Of a DNA stretch of 49,920 nucleotides, positions 46,801 to 49,920 are shown one piece after another. Each line of letters starts with the position of its first letter. Positions within the stretch are counted from its first letter, which is position 1. The position numbers and the translations under genes were made by a program. The notes under the pieces were generated by a model. It did no database searches and had not been told where the DNA came from. It saw only the letters and a program-made list of their open reading frames with translations. Source of the stretch: Alistipes sp. (lineage in GTDB: Bacteria; Bacteroidota; Bacteroidia; Bacteroidales; Rikenellaceae). The stretch spans positions 1-49,920 of the forward strand of contig JAFZFJ010000193.1 in the NCBI GenBank assembly GCA_017555975.1, written 5' to 3'.

Positions 46801-46970
46801 TCACGCGCAAGGCTGGTATCCAGAAGCTGCGCATCTATGTCGAGGGTTCGAACCTTTTGACCTTCAGCCATGTTGGCAAGTATAACATCGACCCCGAGCT
46901 GCCGAGTGTAAACAACGGTTACTACCCGCAGCAGCGTGTGATGTCGGTTGGTTTGAACATTACGCTCTAA
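43818..46970 (+). CDS. susC: SusC/RagA TonB-dependent outer-membrane transporter
   Basis: DEVVVVGYG, IESISILKDASAAAVYG, RYDG, WEK, GDIKYIDRNGDGKI and C-terminal YPQQR..GLNITL. Confidence 0.96.
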   Translation: MKHLSQTGRGRGLMHAVLSILCALFVVLSPSLAWAQNTVKGTVVDETGEPIIGATVIVVGTQTGTTTDVNGQFALQNVKQGSELQISFIGYQTVTVPVNGVTNLVVELKSDAEKIDEVVVVGYGVQKKASVTAAISQISGEELEKAPVGDVTNMLAGRVAGVTAVQQSGQPGADGSSIMVRGQSVLYIVDGVPRDINQINPEDIESISILKDASAAAVYGLDGNTVIIVTTKRGEKGASTISYKGTFGVSSNANPMKLLDGPAYAYYYNKALELDGKQPIFTADIVQKMLNEEDGWGNTNWYDKVFGVGTTTSHTISANGGNDQMNYFASVGMFDQKGNVDNFNFRRYTARANLSAKIAKSLTLEVGIAGRIQDHDQPTYSASPDAWNNVAQQAMRVHPYVPEKVTIDGVEYHTATSTASATVNPVAAYEESGSYKSRATYIQPNFSLRWDVPGVKGLSAKFFASYDMTFQHTKAFSTPYDLALGSFSYDDNGYISKINYTVSNTYSGLGSETSLQEASYYTYYGITQTSLSFDNTFGKHRVAALALIETRDHRSNNHYGRMYDLSFENLPELNFGDASSDKRTIGGTSGHSRQVGFVARLNYDFDNRIYIELSSRYDGTYLFSGMTGSRWGFFPAASAGWRISEEQWFGAEWVDNLKLRGGIGLTGTSAVSAYQYLNTMNLSDGNAVVIGGQGQESIYTSSVANPNISWEKNLNYNIGVDATFWGGLLGIEADVFYTYKYDMLASASGSYPPSVGGYFPAYENKNKQDVRGFDLTLSHNNRKGAFSYGLKFMGSYAKRRWLLYSGDAANAPDYQKLTGKEVGSVIGFIADGLYQSLEEVQNSATMVGKDVRVGDIKYIDRNGDGKISYDQDRGYVGSSVYPKFTGGLAFNAGWKGIDVNFLLQGAVGSTIALTGVYSGGIMDNTSMTKPFYHDGNSPLYLVENSWTPENTGAYFPRLSLASSSHNAHSSTHWYRPGDYLRLKTAQLGYTLPEKLTRKAGIQKLRIYVEGSNLLTFSHVGKYNIDPELPSVNNGYYPQQRVMSVGLNITL

Positions 46971-46980
46971 TCCGAAAACT

Positions 46981-48624
46981 ATGAAAATTATGAAAACGAG
47001 AATTTTAGCCCTCGTCTTGTCGTTCGCAGCTCTCGGATTGACGAGTTGTAACGACTGGTTGGACCTCACGCCGACGGATCGTGTGTCGGACAAGTCGGCC
47101 TGGGAGTCACAGGAGGTAACCGACCTCTATATCAACAACTTCTACGAGTATATCAGCGTCTATGGACAGTTCGGCGACCAACAGTTCGTGGGTAACCTCA
47201 CGGAGGGTCTCACGGATACGTTCAAATACGGTAGCCCGATCTTGGGCACCCGCGCCGGTGACTCGAACCACTACGTATTTACCCCCGAGACCATGTCGAG
47301 CTCGGGTAGCATGCTCGATTGCTGGACCAATACCTACACGCGTATTCGTCGCATCAACGAGTTCCTCGCTGCCATGGAGAACTACTCGACCTACTCGGCC
47401 GAGGTGAACACCCTCTACGAGGCTCAGGCCCGCTTCTTCCGCGCCTTCCTCTACTTCCAGCTCGCAAAGCGCCACGGTGGTCAGGTGATCATCTACAAGA
47501 CGCTGGCCGAGACGGTGAAGAACACGCCGCTCACGTCGGCTGCCGAGACCTGGCAGTACATCTACGACGAGCTGACCTTCGCCGCCGAGAATCTGCCCGA
47601 GGCTTGGAATAGCCAGAACACGGGTCGCGTCACGAAGGGCGCCGCCTATGCACTCCTTTCGCGCGCCATGCTCTACGCCGAGCGTTGGTCGGATGCCAAA
47701 GAGGCTGCCGAGGAGGTGCTGGAGCTGGGTTATGCTCTTGCCCCGACCTATGAGGCTGCCACGAAGGGTGGCAACTCGGAGTCGATTCTCGAGTTCAACT
47801 ACCTCGTAACGGGCCCCAACCACTATTGGGATCGTTACATGTGCATGTACCACGAGTACACGACGGCCGGTGGTGCTGCTCCTACGCAGGAGATGGTCGA
47901 GAGCTACGAGGCCAAGGATGGTTCTACGATCGATTGGACGAAGTGGCATGCCGCTGAGGGTACGACCGAGTATCCTCCCTACGAGAAGCTTGAGCCGCGC
48001 TTTGCCGCCACGGTGCTCTACAACGGCGCCATGTGGAAGGGTCAGCAGCTGGAGTGCTGCGTAGATGGCAAGTATGGTACCTATGTGGATTACGGTGTGG
48101 AGCCCTATCCTTACGGCAAGACCGTAACGGGCTACTACATGCGTAAGTTCCGCCAGGAGTCGAACACCGACCTGACGAACGTAGCTTCGACGGCAACGTG
48201 GGTGGAGATTCGTCTGGCTGAAGTGCTGCTGAACCTGGCCGAGGCCGAGTACAAGCTGGAACACTACGCTGCAGCCATGGGTTACATTGCTCAGGTACGT
48301 GATCGCGTAGGTCTGCCGACCGACCAATCGCTGACGGGTGATGCCGTCTTCGAGGCGTTGGCACACGAGCGCAAGATCGAGCTGGCCTATGAGGGTCACC
48401 TGTGGTGGGATATGCGCCGCTGGAAGCTCTCGGAGGAGGCCTACACGGGCTACCGCGTACACGGCTTGAAGATCACGAAGGAGGGTTCGGGCTACCGCTA
48501 CCAGTATGTGGATGCCGACGGTCAGGATCGCAAGTTCCTCAACCGCATGTATCGCCTGCCGATTCCCGATGCCGAGTTACAGAACAACAACGCCATCGAG
48601 CAGTTCCCCGAGTGGAATTTCTAA
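46981..48624 (+). CDS. susD: SusD/RagB surface glycan-binding lipoprotein
   Basis: Lipobox LTSC-NDWLD; ARFFRAFLYF, RLAEVLLNLAEA, ERKIELAYEG..WDMRRW and PIP motifs. Alternative start at 46990. Confidence 0.95.
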   Translation: MKIMKTRILALVLSFAALGLTSCNDWLDLTPTDRVSDKSAWESQEVTDLYINNFYEYISVYGQFGDQQFVGNLTEGLTDTFKYGSPILGTRAGDSNHYVFTPETMSSSGSMLDCWTNTYTRIRRINEFLAAMENYSTYSAEVNTLYEAQARFFRAFLYFQLAKRHGGQVIIYKTLAETVKNTPLTSAAETWQYIYDELTFAAENLPEAWNSQNTGRVTKGAAYALLSRAMLYAERWSDAKEAAEEVLELGYALAPTYEAATKGGNSESILEFNYLVTGPNHYWDRYMCMYHEYTTAGGAAPTQEMVESYEAKDGSTIDWTKWHAAEGTTEYPPYEKLEPRFAATVLYNGAMWKGQQLECCVDGKYGTYVDYGVEPYPYGKTVTGYYMRKFRQESNTDLTNVASTATWVEIRLAEVLLNLAEAEYKLEHYAAAMGYIAQVRDRVGLPTDQSLTGDAVFEALAHERKIELAYEGHLWWDMRRWKLSEEAYTGYRVHGLKITKEGSGYRYQYVDADGQDRKFLNRMYRLPIPDAELQNNNAIEQFPEWNF

Positions 48625-48636
48625 CAAGCGACGACT

Positions 48637-49920
48637 ATGAAAAAGAGTATAATTTGGATGTTATTGGCCGTCGTGGTTTCCTTCACGGCGTGCCAGGAGC
48701 CGGAGGAGCTGATTCCGGCCATTGCCAACAAGGGCATCAACAACCTGACGGTCTATCCCACCTGGGAGGGCTATCACACGGCTGATGCTTCGGGTTTCCC
48801 GAGCAAGATCGACTACGATAAGCATGTAATCACGATTCAGGTTCCCTATACGTTACCCGTTGAGTCGGACAACGTGCAGCGCCTGGAGGACTATCCGCAC
48901 GTTTGGGTGCAGTTCAATCTGGACGACAATGCTACGGTTGAGCCCAAGCTCACCACCATTGATCTGACGCAGACCTATAAGGTAACGCTGACCGACCAGA
49001 AAAAACAGCAGAGCGTATGGACCATCAAGGCCGCCCTGGCCAAGAGTTCGGCCTGCGACATTGAGAGCTTCTCGATTCCTTCGCTGGGTATTTCGGCCGT
49101 GATCGACAAGACCGGCGCTACGGCTTCGCTCATCTACTTCCAGGAGTTGCAGAATGTCTTCGGTGAGGCGGTTGTATCGCCCCATGCCAAGATCGTTCCC
49201 GACCCCTCGACGACCGCCTTCTGGTGCTCGCCCGAGAGCCCGAAGAAGTTCACGGTTATCGCTCAGGATGGCGTAACGAGCCGTGAGTGGACGTTGCAGC
49301 AGACCGAGCCCGCTCGTGTAGAGGAGGGTGTACGCCCCGGTAGTGGCAAACTGCTCTGGGCTACGAAGCTCTCGGCTGCCGGTGTGACGAAGCTCGATAT
49401 GACGACCGGTATCGCCGCTACGGACGACTACGTGATCCTCAACACGCGTGGTGAGGATCCGATCATTATCGACGCCAAGAAGGGTTCGACGATCGGCACT
49501 TTGGCACTCGGTTCGATCAAGGGTGCTACGTCGAGCTACTACATGACTTCGGACCACAAGGGTCATATCATCATCAACAACCGCACGCCGGACGATGGCG
49601 GCGTATTCCGTGTATGGCGTATGCGCGACATCAACTCGACACCGGAGCTCTTCATCGAGTACCCCATGTCGGATGTCTACGGCGACCACATCTCGGTATG
49701 GGGTGACGTCTATGGCGACGCTACGGTACAGGCTGCCTACTGCGGTTGGACCTCGACAGGCTCGACCTCGAACCTGACGTGGACGATCAAGAACGGCCAG
49801 GCGGAGAGCATGCAGCCCTACTGGTGCCAGATTTCGGGTGTAGCCAAGGGTTGGACCAATGGTGACGCCATTCGCATGGGTACGGACGCGACGGCCGACT
49901 TCCTCGCTGCTGGCTACTCG
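48637..49920 (+). CDS. PUL surface lipoprotein (DUF5018-like), truncated by window end; absent from the ORF track
   Basis: Hand translation MKKSIIWMLLAVVVSFTAC-QEPEE... is open to the end (428 codons); Ig-like segments (SACDIESFSI, FTVIAQDG) then a beta-rich domain. Confidence 0.82.
   Translation, partial: MKKSIIWMLLAVVVSFTACQEPEELIPAIANKGINNLTVYPTWEGYHTADASGFPSKIDYDKHVITIQVPYTLPVESDNVQRLEDYPHVWVQFNLDDNATVEPKLTTIDLTQTYKVTLTDQKKQQSVWTIKAALAKSSACDIESFSIPSLGISAVIDKTGATASLIYFQELQNVFGEAVVSPHAKIVPDPSTTAFWCSPESPKKFTVIAQDGVTSREWTLQQTEPARVEEGVRPGSGKLLWATKLSAAGVTKLDMTTGIAATDDYVILNTRGEDPIIIDAKKGSTIGTLALGSIKGATSSYYMTSDHKGHIIINNRTPDDGGVFRVWRMRDINSTPELFIEYPMSDVYGDHISVWGDVYGDATVQAAYCGWTSTGSTSNLTWTIKNGQAESMQPYWCQISGVAKGWTNGDAIRMGTDATADFLAAGYS

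Noticed and set aside
45261-47093. 610-aa antisense ORF, and similar ones at 47107-48462, 42811-43812, 31997-33460, 27067-28317, 28314-29492 and 36727-38007
   Set aside because: They mirror well-supported genes codon for codon and carry no recognisable motifs; they are expected shadows of strong codon bias (few TTA/CTA/TCA codons).
48853-49689. 278-aa minus-strand ORF at the window end
   Set aside because: It is the shadow of the real plus-strand lipoprotein starting at 48637, which the ORF track missed because it has no stop within the window.

Overview
Chromosomal window from a GC-rich Bacteroidota genome, probably Rikenellaceae/Alistipes-like. This is inferred from TAnnTTTG promoters, no Shine-Dalgarno sequences, a SusC/SusD pair and Lnt. 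About 1-25 kb is mostly housekeeping: glf + GT2, tRNA-Leu(CAG), lspA, rlmN, tonB, hflX, upp, LTA-synthase/sulfatase, a hemerythrin-LuxR regulator, cmk, ispH, S41 protease, an orphan histidine kinase, hemD-like, rnpA, yidD, comEC, yihY and kdsC-like. At 25.2-30.5 kb is a minus-strand operon with two URO-D/MtaA-superfamily proteins, an ExuT-like MFS, ybaK and a FucP-like MFS, followed by lnt and folC. From 33.7 kb to the end is a ROK-regulated polysaccharide utilization locus: NagB/PIG-L fusion, stalked surface lipoprotein, AmpG-like MFS, NAGPA-type phosphodiester glycosidase, GHL10-like hydrolase, SusC, SusD and a truncated surface lipoprotein. Best leads: (1) an unannotated ~95-nt sRNA with its own promoter and terminator and three AGGUU repeats; (2) the URO-D-pair sugar operon with no corrinoid protein; (3) a GlcNAc-phosphodiester PUL whose NagB domain lacks the catalytic His; (4) a shared, apparently swapped C-terminal domain in two PUL lipoproteins; (5) a nested palindromic element that supplies the lspA promoter; (6) probable leaderless mRNAs for lspA, lnt and a methyltransferase. 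No CRISPR, rRNA, transposase or prophage was seen. Family names come from motif recognition by eye, not database searches.
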